Source: Nanobdellota archaeon
Lineage (GTDB): Archaea > Nanobdellota > Nanobdellia > Woesearchaeales > GW2011-AR4
Direction: 5' to 3'
Length of the DNA: 44,182 bases
Assembly (NCBI GenBank): GCA_038046185.1
Contig: JBBSWR010000144.1
Span: 1-44,182, forward strand
The notes beneath the pieces were generated by a model. The model had not been told where the DNA came from, did not search any database, and was given only the letters and a program-made list of their open reading frames with translations. A program made the position numbers and the translations under genes. Positions 25,559 through 34,244 of the stretch are shown piece by piece; the first letter of the stretch is position 1; every line of letters starts with the position of its first letter.

Positions 25559-28500
25559 CAAGAAAAAAATCTTTGACTACAAATTTATGTACGTCATATT
25601 ACTAATCGTATTATTAGGTGGAGCTATTATTGGTTTGGTTATGGTTAAAAAATTTATAGGGTTTGCCGGCACTCAAATTCCTGCACAAGCGGGTTACATT
25701 ACTACTGTAGCAATAGATCATAGAGAAATAACCTCCTATTGGGCAGGTATTTTTGGCCTTGTTTTTTCACAGGAGGGATTCGATGAAACACAAACTATAG
25801 CTGCGACTTCTGGGGCAATTTCAGCAGAGACTTTTGTATTTGAGTGCATGGACCCAACAAAAGCCGTTAATGAAATGTATGCAAGCAATAATATCACAAT
25901 AAATTTCTCGAATGTTATTGCCGGAAATACTGATATGATTGACCGGGATTTGCTGAATTTAAGCAATAATACCAAAGAAAGAGCAAATAATACTTTTACT
26001 TATAATGAATCAATATTGCTTGGCACAACAAATATATCTGGCATTCCTTCTGTGTATACCAATGTTAATGATGCTCCAAACAATACGCTGTTTTTTACCG
26101 GTATACTTAATTCAAGCGGCAAGCTTGTTCTGGTCATCAAAGTTTTTGCTGCCTCCAAAAGAAGTTTTAAAGGTACACTTATTGACTATCAGGCACTGCT
26201 GCCTGTAAAAAATAATTCAGCAACATGGTATTTTTTTGCAGATCCAAATGACAACTGCCCAGCCGGCTTCGGTTCAGGACAAATCGGAGATTCAGTAATA
26301 AGTGGTTTTGTATTTGAATCAAATAGCACACTTCCAATTTCAGATGCAACAGTCAGCGCGGGCGGCAATGTTTCTCTAACAGATTCTAATGGGTTTTTCA
26401 ATTTCACGGCTCCTGGGGGGGTGACATACCATATAATAGCAATTAAGTCCGGATATGTTACCAATATAAGCGTAATAAATACGACAATTGGCGAAGAAAC
26501 AAAACAAAACATGACACTTGCGAAATTCTTTGGATTTTTGGGTGCAAACGCTACAATATCTGGCTACGTAAAAGACAACTCAACTAACGCTACAATTGCC
26601 AATGTTACTATTAGCATTGCCGGACTGACTGCACAATCAAATGCAACCGGAAACTATTCTATTTTGATACCAGAGGGAACGCATGTAATAGCTGCCGTTA
26701 AAAGCGGCTACAGCAATTTTGTCGGCAATTTTTCAATAAGGGACAGCCAAAATTTAAGCTTTATAATTAATATGACAGCTGCAATTAGTGCAGTGGCTCA
26801 AACCCAAAATGGAACACTGCTTAACAATGGAACTATACAAGGATTTGTAACAGACAACTCAACCAACCTTAGCCTGGCAAATGTTATTGTAACTGTAGCT
26901 GGAGTGTCAAACGCAACAAATAGCTCTGGATTTTATAACATAACAGCTTTGCAAGGCACAACCAATCTAGTTGCAACAAAAAGCGGTTATAATGCTTACG
27001 CAAGAGAAGTAGATATATTAGCAAATAACATAACGATACTGAATTTTAGCATGAGTCCTATTTCCGTGGCTGTAGGAGTAGGTAATGGTTCAGTAAAGGG
27101 ATTAGTAAAAACATCTTCAGGAACTTTGATTAGCGATGTTGCAGTAAGCGTTGCCGGAAAATCAAATTCAAGCAACTCCAGCGGCGGATACTTTTTAGGC
27201 CAAGTGTTAGCAGGAACTCATAATCTAGTTGCTACAAGATCTGGTTTCAATAACTATGTAGCTGTGATAAATGTCACAGAAAGTGCAACAACAGAGCATA
27301 ACATAACAATGATAACCACAACAGAGGCTGGCTTAGGCGCTGGAAGCGGCGCCGGTCAAGGCGCCGGTCAAGGCGCCGGTCAAGGCGCTGGAAGCGGCGC
27401 AGGCACAGGCATTCAGTCACAATTAGAGCAGCCTACACGTGTAGTTGATTACGAGATATCTGTCAAGAAAATATTGAGAAAATTGAAAGTAGGTAACTTT
27501 ATTGGTGTTCCTATAGATATTTCCAACTATAAAACACAATCAATGGACTTAAAGTTTTCAATAGAAGGAGACGTCAAGAAAATTGCAAGGATTGATAAGG
27601 AAAGACTTGTTATAGATGCTGGTTCCAGTGGGGAAGTTATGGTTACCTTACTTGGAAACGTTGAGCCCGGAGTATATGATGGTTTCCTTGCCATAACTGG
27701 CGATATAAACGAGCAAATTCCAATTTACGTATTAGTACTTGAAAAAGACAGGTTATCAGTTGAAGCTCTAGTTATAAAGATTTCTTCTCAGGACAAAAGG
27801 GTAGCAGCAGGCGACATATTCAAATATACAGTTGACTTGCAAAATTTATTGAGTGAAGAGAAATATAAAGTTGCATTATCTTACAGTTTGCAAGGCATTA
27901 ATAATAACAAGAGCACGTTTCTGGAAAAGGAAGAGATTGTGATGTATACTTCATTTTCTTTATTAAAAAGTTTCCAAGTTCCCAGCGATTTGCCTGTAGG
28001 AGATTATGCGTTGAAAGTAAAAGCGGATTTTCTTGATTTGACAGCAGAACAATCTACAATATTTACGGTAGTTGAACCAATCTACAAATACGCTTTATTC
28101 GGGATTATTCCCGCATGGATTTTGGCTGCTTTAATTCTTACACTTTCGCTAGGGACTTTTTCAACATTAGTTTACAAAAAAAGAAAAGAAGAAAAAAGAA
28201 GGTATCAGATAGAGTTAGATTATTCACAATTGCCGCAGCCAGGCCCAAGATCAGTATATATAGGGCATATCGCAGAAACGAGTAATAAAACCTATTTTGA
28301 CCTTGACACATTCCAAGTTCATACATTAGTGGCTGGCTCAAGCGGCTCCGGAAAAAGCCTGGCTGCACAGATTTTAGTGGAAGAAGCTTTGCTAAAGGGC
28401 GTGGCAGTAATAGTCTTTGATCCAACTGCCCAATGGACAGGATTTCTGAGAAAACTGGAAGATAAGAGATTGCTAAGCATGTACAAAGGATATGACCTAA

Positions 28501-29714
28501 GAAGGACAGATGCACGGGCATTCAATGGAAATGTGCGTCAAGTTACAAATGCGCGGGAATTAATAGAATTCAAGAAATTCATGAAACCGGGAGAAATAAA
28601 CATATTCGTAACTAATAAGCTTGAAATAAAGGACATAGAGTTATTTGTGGCAAATACAATAAGGGAGGTTTTCCATGCAAATCTGCCCGAAAGCCGAGAA
28701 TTAAAGTACTTGATGGTATATGACGGAATACACGCTTTATTGCCAAAATTTGGCGGCTCCGGCCAGGTTTTTGTGCAGATAGAAAGAGCAGCCAGAGAAT
28801 TCAGAAAGTGGGGAGTCGGCTTGGTATTGATAAGCCAGGTGCTAAGTGATTTCCCTCAAGAAGTACTTGCAAACATCAATACGGAGATAATGCTAAGAAC
28901 AAGGGATGAGGGCGACCTCAACAGGATTAAGGAGAAATATGGCGATAAGATACTGCAGTCAGTTGTCAAAGCTGCTGTAGGCACTGGAGTTATACAAAAC
29001 TCTTCCAACAACAAAGGTAAGCCGTATTTCGTGAGTTTTAGGCCGCCGATGCACAGCATTCAAAGTATAAGCGAAGAGGAATTAGAGAAATACAACAACT
29101 ATAATGAGATAATAGAAGATTTGAGCTACCAGCTTGAGCAATTAGAAAATGAAGGTATTGATATATTTGACTTAAAGCTGGAATTAAAGCTCTCGCAAGA
29201 TAAGGTAAAATCCGGCAATTTCAATATGGTCAATATATATTTAGACGGCCTAAAACCAAGGATAAAATCCCAGTGGGAAAAACTTGGAAAAAAACCCAAA
29301 AAAAGAGAAATAAAATATATATCGGAAGGGGAGTTGGAAGGGGAGTGGGAATTAGCAACGCAGGAAAGGAAGAAATACATAAGCAAAGATAAATTAGCAG
29401 AAGAGAGCAAAAACGGAGAGCAAAAAGAGGGTACTGAAATGGAAGACACAAGCTCTAAAGAAAAAAAAGAAAGCTTTGAAGCATCATCCAACAAAATGAT
29501 TGACCCTGATGATGACCAAAACAATAATTTGGAAATGTCGTTCGAGAAATTGTATATCCAAACAAAGAATCTGATTGCAAAAAATGAAAAAGAGAAAGCG
29601 GGCAACCTATACCACGAAATACAGAATATTTATAAGAGCGCGCCCAAGGAAATCAAATCAAAGATACTGGCGAAATGCATTGAAATACAAAAAAATTTAA
29701 GTAATGTAAAATAA
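25551..29714 (+). CDS. 1387-aa fusion protein: N-terminal anchor + four carboxypeptidase-regulatory-like repeats + Gly/Ala/Gln linker + ectodomain-TM-HerA/FtsK-like ATPase module + acidic region + helical tail
   Basis: TM1 FMYVILLIVLLGGAIIGLVMV. Four ~90-aa repeats (ISGFVFESNS.., ISGYVKDNST.., IQGFVTDNST.., VKGLVKTSSG..). Linker GLGAGSGAGQGAGQGAGQGAGSGAGTG. From ~aa 625 it is collinear with the 779-aa protein. Walker A VAGSSGSGKS. Walker B region YLMVYDGIH. AAREFRKWGVGLVLISQ. Confidence 0.8.
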   Translation: MNSKKKIFDYKFMYVILLIVLLGGAIIGLVMVKKFIGFAGTQIPAQAGYITTVAIDHREITSYWAGIFGLVFSQEGFDETQTIAATSGAISAETFVFECMDPTKAVNEMYASNNITINFSNVIAGNTDMIDRDLLNLSNNTKERANNTFTYNESILLGTTNISGIPSVYTNVNDAPNNTLFFTGILNSSGKLVLVIKVFAASKRSFKGTLIDYQALLPVKNNSATWYFFADPNDNCPAGFGSGQIGDSVISGFVFESNSTLPISDATVSAGGNVSLTDSNGFFNFTAPGGVTYHIIAIKSGYVTNISVINTTIGEETKQNMTLAKFFGFLGANATISGYVKDNSTNATIANVTISIAGLTAQSNATGNYSILIPEGTHVIAAVKSGYSNFVGNFSIRDSQNLSFIINMTAAISAVAQTQNGTLLNNGTIQGFVTDNSTNLSLANVIVTVAGVSNATNSSGFYNITALQGTTNLVATKSGYNAYAREVDILANNITILNFSMSPISVAVGVGNGSVKGLVKTSSGTLISDVAVSVAGKSNSSNSSGGYFLGQVLAGTHNLVATRSGFNNYVAVINVTESATTEHNITMITTTEAGLGAGSGAGQGAGQGAGQGAGSGAGTGIQSQLEQPTRVVDYEISVKKILRKLKVGNFIGVPIDISNYKTQSMDLKFSIEGDVKKIARIDKERLVIDAGSSGEVMVTLLGNVEPGVYDGFLAITGDINEQIPIYVLVLEKDRLSVEALVIKISSQDKRVAAGDIFKYTVDLQNLLSEEKYKVALSYSLQGINNNKSTFLEKEEIVMYTSFSLLKSFQVPSDLPVGDYALKVKADFLDLTAEQSTIFTVVEPIYKYALFGIIPAWILAALILTLSLGTFSTLVYKKRKEEKRRYQIELDYSQLPQPGPRSVYIGHIAETSNKTYFDLDTFQVHTLVAGSSGSGKSLAAQILVEEALLKGVAVIVFDPTAQWTGFLRKLEDKRLLSMYKGYDLRRTDARAFNGNVRQVTNARELIEFKKFMKPGEINIFVTNKLEIKDIELFVANTIREVFHANLPESRELKYLMVYDGIHALLPKFGGSGQVFVQIERAAREFRKWGVGLVLISQVLSDFPQEVLANINTEIMLRTRDEGDLNRIKEKYGDKILQSVVKAAVGTGVIQNSSNNKGKPYFVSFRPPMHSIQSISEEELEKYNNYNEIIEDLSYQLEQLENEGIDIFDLKLELKLSQDKVKSGNFNMVNIYLDGLKPRIKSQWEKLGKKPKKREIKYISEGELEGEWELATQERKKYISKDKLAEESKNGEQKEGTEMEDTSSKEKKESFEASSNKMIDPDDDQNNNLEMSFEKLYIQTKNLIAKNEKEKAGNLYHEIQNIYKSAPKEIKSKILAKCIEIQKNLSNVK
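27348..27383 (+). repeat. Three perfect tandem 12-bp repeats (ggcgccggtcaa) encoding (GAGQ)3 inside CDS 25551..29714
   Basis: Read directly. They are flanked on both sides by ggcgctggaagcggcgc. It is a GC-rich island in an AT-rich gene. Confidence 0.9.
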
Positions 29715-29715
29715 A

Positions 29716-29961
29716 ATGGCCGAAGGCATAGATTTAACTGTAGAAAATTTAAAACAGGAGTTAAATCAAATCAAGGATAAAATTAGCCAATGCAGGAAAA
29801 AGGGAATGGATACTAAAATCGCAGAGCTTAAGATTATGGCCATACCCTCAAAAATCAAGATGCTTGAAGTAACAAAAGATTTCAAGGATGTGCAAAAAAT
29901 AGCTAAACTTTTAAATGATGCTATAGCTGAAATAGACAATGTAGAAAAAGGAGGATTATAG
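29716..29961 (+). CDS. Small coiled-coil protein
   Basis: Starts 1 nt after the stop of the fusion gene. The 81 aa are heptad-like and K/E/I-rich. Confidence 0.5.
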   Translation: MAEGIDLTVENLKQELNQIKDKISQCRKKGMDTKIAELKIMAIPSKIKMLEVTKDFKDVQKIAKLLNDAIAEIDNVEKGGL

Positions 29962-30056
29962 GGAGTTTTGAATGTCCTAAAAAATGCATTGCATTTTTGG
30001 GAACTTGAACTCGGTTCAAGTAAATGGGAAAAATAATGAATTTTTCAAAATTCTTT
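29961..30056. repeat. ~100-nt double-hairpin intergenic element, copy 2
   Basis: gggagttttgaatgtcctaaaaaatgcattgcatttttgggaacttgaactcggttcaagtaaatgggaaaaataa...ttcaaaattcttt. It has the same order of blocks as 5877..5981. Confidence 0.75.
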
Positions 30057-30082
30057 ATAATATCCCCATGAAGTGATTTGCT

Positions 30083-31168
30083 ATGATGTTTTTCAAGAAA
30101 AAAAATAAGGAAGAAGAACCAAAGCCAGCGGAAGCCGAGCTAGACGAAGAAGGTAATTTGATAGTTCCGGTTGCATCATCGCCGCACAGCGAAAAAACAC
30201 CAGAAAGTAGTGATGTTTCGGTTGGAATGCTAACTGCTGATGTCGAAAAGCTGAAAGCACAGTTTAGTACATTCTATGAATTACAAAAAACTTCTACAGA
30301 GCGTTTTTCTATGATAAACCAGCAAATTGGTGAGTTAAGGAGCATGCTAATCGACAGGGACAAAGCTGCTCAGCACCTAGAGGCAAAAGCTACGCAAGCA
30401 ATTGACATTGTAAAAACGGTGCAGCCAGACAAGCTTATGATTGAGATGAGAAAAACAGATGGTAAGATTGAGGCTTTACGGGCAAATCTGGAAAGTACGG
30501 AGAACACAATAAATAATGTTGTCAATGAAATTAAAGAAGTCAAGAATAAAATGAATGTTTTTAGGGGTATGGAACAAGTCATAAGCTTAAACGAAGAAGC
30601 AAAAAAAGAGCTTATGGATATAAAAAAAGTGCAGGCAATTGTCGAGAGGCATGCGGATAAGGTTGAGACGGTATTTACTGAAATGCAGAAAAAATCCAGC
30701 GAATTTGTTAAGGTTGGAGATACTGTTAAAGATCTTGACAAATCCTTCAAGCAAATAAGCTCTGAGTTTGATTCAATAAAAATTAAGATTTCGGATTTGG
30801 CACATAAAAAGGAAGTCGAAAACCTTATATCTAAGTTTGACGACTTTGAAAATTATGCTGGCAATATACTCAAGTTAATAAACAGCAAATTTGAAAAAAT
30901 GGAAAAAGAATTAGGTCTAGAGTTTAATAAAAAGTTCGAAGAAACAGATAAATTGCTGAAAGGATTTGAGATGTTGTCGCAAAAAATACCGGATTTGGAC
31001 AAGTATTTCAATTTACTTCAAGATGAAGCAAAAAAAGTGCCGCCGGATGGATCGAAGGTAGAAAAAATAAAGGAAATAGGAGAAGAAAGTCCTGAAGTGA
31101 CTGTTGAGCCAAATAACCCCGGCATATTTGGAAAAATAAAGGGTTTTGCAGGCAAATTCAAAAAATGA
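30083..31168 (+). CDS. Long coiled-coil protein with C-terminal amphipathic basic tail
   Basis: 361 aa, almost entirely heptad-like charged sequence. The C-terminus GIFGKIKGFAGKFKK resembles a membrane-targeting amphipathic helix. Confidence 0.6.
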   Translation: MMFFKKKNKEEEPKPAEAELDEEGNLIVPVASSPHSEKTPESSDVSVGMLTADVEKLKAQFSTFYELQKTSTERFSMINQQIGELRSMLIDRDKAAQHLEAKATQAIDIVKTVQPDKLMIEMRKTDGKIEALRANLESTENTINNVVNEIKEVKNKMNVFRGMEQVISLNEEAKKELMDIKKVQAIVERHADKVETVFTEMQKKSSEFVKVGDTVKDLDKSFKQISSEFDSIKIKISDLAHKKEVENLISKFDDFENYAGNILKLINSKFEKMEKELGLEFNKKFEETDKLLKGFEMLSQKIPDLDKYFNLLQDEAKKVPPDGSKVEKIKEIGEESPEVTVEPNNPGIFGKIKGFAGKFKK

Positions 31169-31353
31169 TCCAATTTAGCTGAGATACCGGAACAAGGCTA
31201 TACATAGGAAGTATTTATAGTAGTAAAATAAGTTAAATAATAAAATATAATCTGCTGGAAAATCAAATTATGTGTTAAAAATAAATACTTGCAAATTTAG
31301 CTAAAAAGAAAAATAAGATAGAAAAGGGTGGGCATTGCGACTAAGGATAGATG

Positions 31354-31385
31354 CTCGGCGGGAGCATTTTTTATTTTTCTAAGTA
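31354..31385 (+). terminator. Hairpin plus T-run in the convergent intergenic region
   Basis: gatgctc-ggcg-ggagcat is followed by tttttatttttc. Confidence 0.3.
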
Positions 31386-31413
31386 TATTCAGATACAAAA
31401 CAAGAATAATAGT

Positions 31414-31959
31414 TTATCTCCTGTGTTTTCTTTTGAACTTTTTCTCATATGCCTTGATGCCTTCTCTTATTAGTTTATAAGCAGCCCTTCTTGTCAGGAA
31501 TCCCAGAACTTTTACTTTCTTGCCTTCAAGGTTTTTGTATGTTTCAAAAAATTCCCTGTATTCTTTTGTTGTATGCTCAGGCAGATCTTTCAAGTCCTTG
31601 ATATTGGCGCATCTCGGGTCTTTGACATAAACACCTATTATTTTGTCATCCCGCTCGCCGGTGTCTATCATTCTCATCACGCCTATGGGCCTAAACAGGG
31701 CAATCGTCTGCGGCAGCACAATGCCGTTCGTATAGACCAGTATGTCCAGCGCATCACCATCACCGCCATAAGTCTGGGGTATAAAACCGTAATCTCCGGG
31801 ATAATGAACTGCTGAATATACAAACCTGTCCAGCATCATAAGGCCGTGCTCCTTGTCAATCTCGTACTTGGTGCTGGAGCCTTTAGAAATCTCGATAAGA
31901 ACATTCACTTCTCTTGGAACATCTTCCCCTAACTTAATGTCGTGCCATTGCCTAATCAT
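31414..31959 (-). CDS. ppa: Inorganic pyrophosphatase (family I)
   Basis: EISKGSSTKYEIDKE, YPGDYGFIPQT and DGDALDILV are canonical family I PPase active-site blocks. Confidence 0.9.
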   Translation of the reverse strand: MIRQWHDIKLGEDVPREVNVLIEISKGSSTKYEIDKEHGLMMLDRFVYSAVHYPGDYGFIPQTYGGDGDALDILVYTNGIVLPQTIALFRPIGVMRMIDTGERDDKIIGVYVKDPRCANIKDLKDLPEHTTKEYREFFETYKNLEGKKVKVLGFLTRRAAYKLIREGIKAYEKKFKRKHRR

Positions 31960-32133
31960 TTCTAATCACCTTTTTTATATAGATAGCACAATCATGTATC
32001 TGGTATATAAACTTTATTTATGCAACGTGTGAAACACACGCAAATGGCAGGCCTGACTGCAAAATTTTGGCAGTCTGGCTTAACTTTTTCCTTTCATAAA
32101 CCTTTATAAACCCAATTTTATTCCTACTTACTA

Positions 32134-32490
32134 ATGGCAAAAACTTATTCAGAGCTTGAAGCATGGGGGATTTTCGCAGGAGCTTTAGTTATAGGTGTTG
32201 TGCTGACAAGCGTATTCTGGGCATACATAACAATCGCTCCGGAAAAGAAAGCAATACAGGAAGAAATAAAGAATGCAACAGAAAGCTTCAATGCTGAGAT
32301 TCCCACTACTTTTATTGATTTCTGCAATGGAGTAGACGGAAAATCCAATTGGGACAGCACCGGCCTCAAGCAGTGCACAGTAGATGAGCCTTCGGAGAAA
32401 AATTTGATAGTAATGAAATTATTATGCAGGAAGTTCAACCTGAGTTTAAGCTACGGCTCGTTCGGTGTTAAATGTGAAGGAAAAGGCTGA
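32134..32490 (+). CDS. Hypothetical membrane-anchored protein
   Basis: N-terminal helix WGIFAGALVIGVVLTSVFWAYITIA. Four Cys in the C-terminal part. Confidence 0.45.
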   Translation: MAKTYSELEAWGIFAGALVIGVVLTSVFWAYITIAPEKKAIQEEIKNATESFNAEIPTTFIDFCNGVDGKSNWDSTGLKQCTVDEPSEKNLIVMKLLCRKFNLSLSYGSFGVKCEGKG

Positions 32491-33082
32491 AAGTATTCTA
32501 AGAAAGTTATTTGGAGGATTAAGGGCAAAAGAACCACCTCAATTAGTTCAATCTTTGGAGGGGGTAACAGCTGCACAAACTCCGCAAACAAATTTACAAA
32601 GCATTGACTCTGTTGTTTGGCCATCACTCGAGGAAATGGAATCAAACAAGGATAAAAGATATAGAATTGCACAAATAGAGTATGATGGCAGAACTTATTA
32701 TAGAATAACACCATCATTTCTAAAAGTAAGTCCTCACGAAGAAACAATAAAAATTGCTGAAAGGCTGAGTTTTCCAGGAGTATGGGGGGAGAAGGAAAAA
32801 GATGGGCATCCAGTTGCTTTTGATAGTTTTGTAAGGGAAATTGCCCAGAAAGGATATGACCCGTCAAGAGTAACCAAAGTCAGAGGGTGCGATGCACGAT
32901 ACATTAATTTGGATATTGAGATGGTCAAAAGAGATGCCAGCAAAGTTGATTTTTACATATACGGAAAATCATTCACTTTCGGAAAACCAGAGGGCAATAT
33001 GCAGCAAGATTTAATTTCATCTAATCCGCCCCACCTTAAGCTTCACTTTGGACCACCTCCGGGTTTTGAATACTTAGCTTAA
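32465..33082 (+). CDS. Hypothetical protein
   Basis: 205-aa ORF with balanced composition and a GTG start overlapping the upstream gene. Preferred over the antisense ORF 32451..32867, which is Leu/Phe-rich. Confidence 0.45.
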   Translation: MLNVKEKAESILRKLFGGLRAKEPPQLVQSLEGVTAAQTPQTNLQSIDSVVWPSLEEMESNKDKRYRIAQIEYDGRTYYRITPSFLKVSPHEETIKIAERLSFPGVWGEKEKDGHPVAFDSFVREIAQKGYDPSRVTKVRGCDARYINLDIEMVKRDASKVDFYIYGKSFTFGKPEGNMQQDLISSNPPHLKLHFGPPPGFEYLA

Positions 33083-33128
33083 TGTTCTTCTAAAACTTTA
33101 AATACTCGCCCAAAAAATATTATTTTAT

Positions 33129-33212
33129 GCCACTGTCGCATAACCCGGTAGTGCGGCGGTCTCGAAAACCGCTTTCCGCAAGGATTTCCCGGTTCAAATC
33201 CGGGCGGTGGCG
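33129..33212 (+). tRNA. tRNA-Ser (anticodon CGA), type II, no intron, no encoded CCA
   Basis: Hand fold: acceptor GCCACTG/CGGTGGC (one G-U), D arm GCAT-AACCCGGTA-GTGC, anticodon arm GCGGT-CTCGAAA-ACCGC, 15-nt variable arm, T arm CCCGG-TTCAAAT-CCGGG, discriminator G, then a T-run. Confidence 0.8.
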
Positions 33213-33227
33213 TTTTTCACAAAAGGG

Positions 33228-34244
33228 GTGTTTAATATATCAAATAAAAAATACAATTTTTGTTATTTGGTTTTCCCAATCTTATTATTGATAGCGTGCA
33301 GCCAGAGTTTAACAGAAGAAGAATACCAGGATAGCTCAATAACAGGGCAGGCAATTGCAACGGAAATTCTAAGGGCATGCAAATATCCAAATGATAAATT
33401 CTGCGAGGAAAGATGCTGCCAAACCGAAGAAAGCTGCGGGGACGGCGGCTTTGCATATATGGAATGTGACCTGAAAACTGGAGAATGGATTGATAAAACT
33501 TATTCGGATTCTGAATGCGCTTCCGAATGTGAAACGGCAAAACCGACAGAAGGAACTAAAAATAAAGCGGCAAAAGAAAATAAAACTGTACAATCATGCC
33601 CGGAAGGGTGGAAATGCCTGAACAAATTCGAGAGAATCTACAGGAATGCTGATTGCTCATTCGGAGAAACAGAAAAGTGCAGCACTGGATGCGTGAATGA
33701 CACTTGTGCCCAGCTCTGCAGTCCAAACACTTTCAGCTGCAGAAAGGATGTGCTGAGAAAATGTGATGAGAATGCCAACGACTGGATTTATTTTACGACT
33801 TGCGATTATGGGTGCGAAAACGGGCAATGCCTGAATTCTTCGCTGCAAACAAATCAAACTCAAAATACAACACAGCCACAAAATGTATGCGGCAGTACTT
33901 GTTTTTCAATAACAAACTTCCATTACGATCCCGAAGGAAATGAATGCCAGGCTGCTTTTTTGAATGGTGAATATGTGACATTCAGGAATAATTGCGACTA
34001 CGCATGTGATTTAACCGAATGGATTATAAGTGATGACAAAGATCACACTTATGTGTTCCCTTCATTTACTATAGGCGTTCAAGAAGAGTTTAGCTTATAC
34101 AGCGGCTCAGGCACAGATTCAGCATCTGAATTATACTGGAACAGCCCTTTTTATCCTTGCAAAGCAATATGGAATAATAATGGAGACACATTGTATCTTA
34201 AAAACCAAAATAGGGAATTGATATTCTCCCAAAACTATACATAA
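33228..34244 (+). CDS. Cysteine-rich lipoprotein with C-terminal lamin-tail-domain (LTD)-like module
   Basis: The track ORF start (33207) overlaps the tRNA, so I prefer the GTG at 33228. Lipobox-like LLLIACS. The C-terminus NGEYVTFRNN..DLTEWIISDDKDHTYVFPSFTI..WNNNGDTLYLKNQNRELI matches the LTD pattern as I recall it. Confidence 0.55.
   Translation: MFNISNKKYNFCYLVFPILLLIACSQSLTEEEYQDSSITGQAIATEILRACKYPNDKFCEERCCQTEESCGDGGFAYMECDLKTGEWIDKTYSDSECASECETAKPTEGTKNKAAKENKTVQSCPEGWKCLNKFERIYRNADCSFGETEKCSTGCVNDTCAQLCSPNTFSCRKDVLRKCDENANDWIYFTTCDYGCENGQCLNSSLQTNQTQNTTQPQNVCGSTCFSITNFHYDPEGNECQAAFLNGEYVTFRNNCDYACDLTEWIISDDKDHTYVFPSFTIGVQEEFSLYSGSGTDSASELYWNSPFYPCKAIWNNNGDTLYLKNQNRELIFSQNYT

Noticed and set aside
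27330-27410. GC-rich 12-bp tandem repeats considered as a mini CRISPR or non-coding microsatellite.
   Set aside because: The repeats are contiguous without spacers, in frame, and translate to a Gly/Ala/Gln/Ser linker inside a continuous 1387-aa ORF. No CRISPR array or cas gene is seen anywhere in the window.
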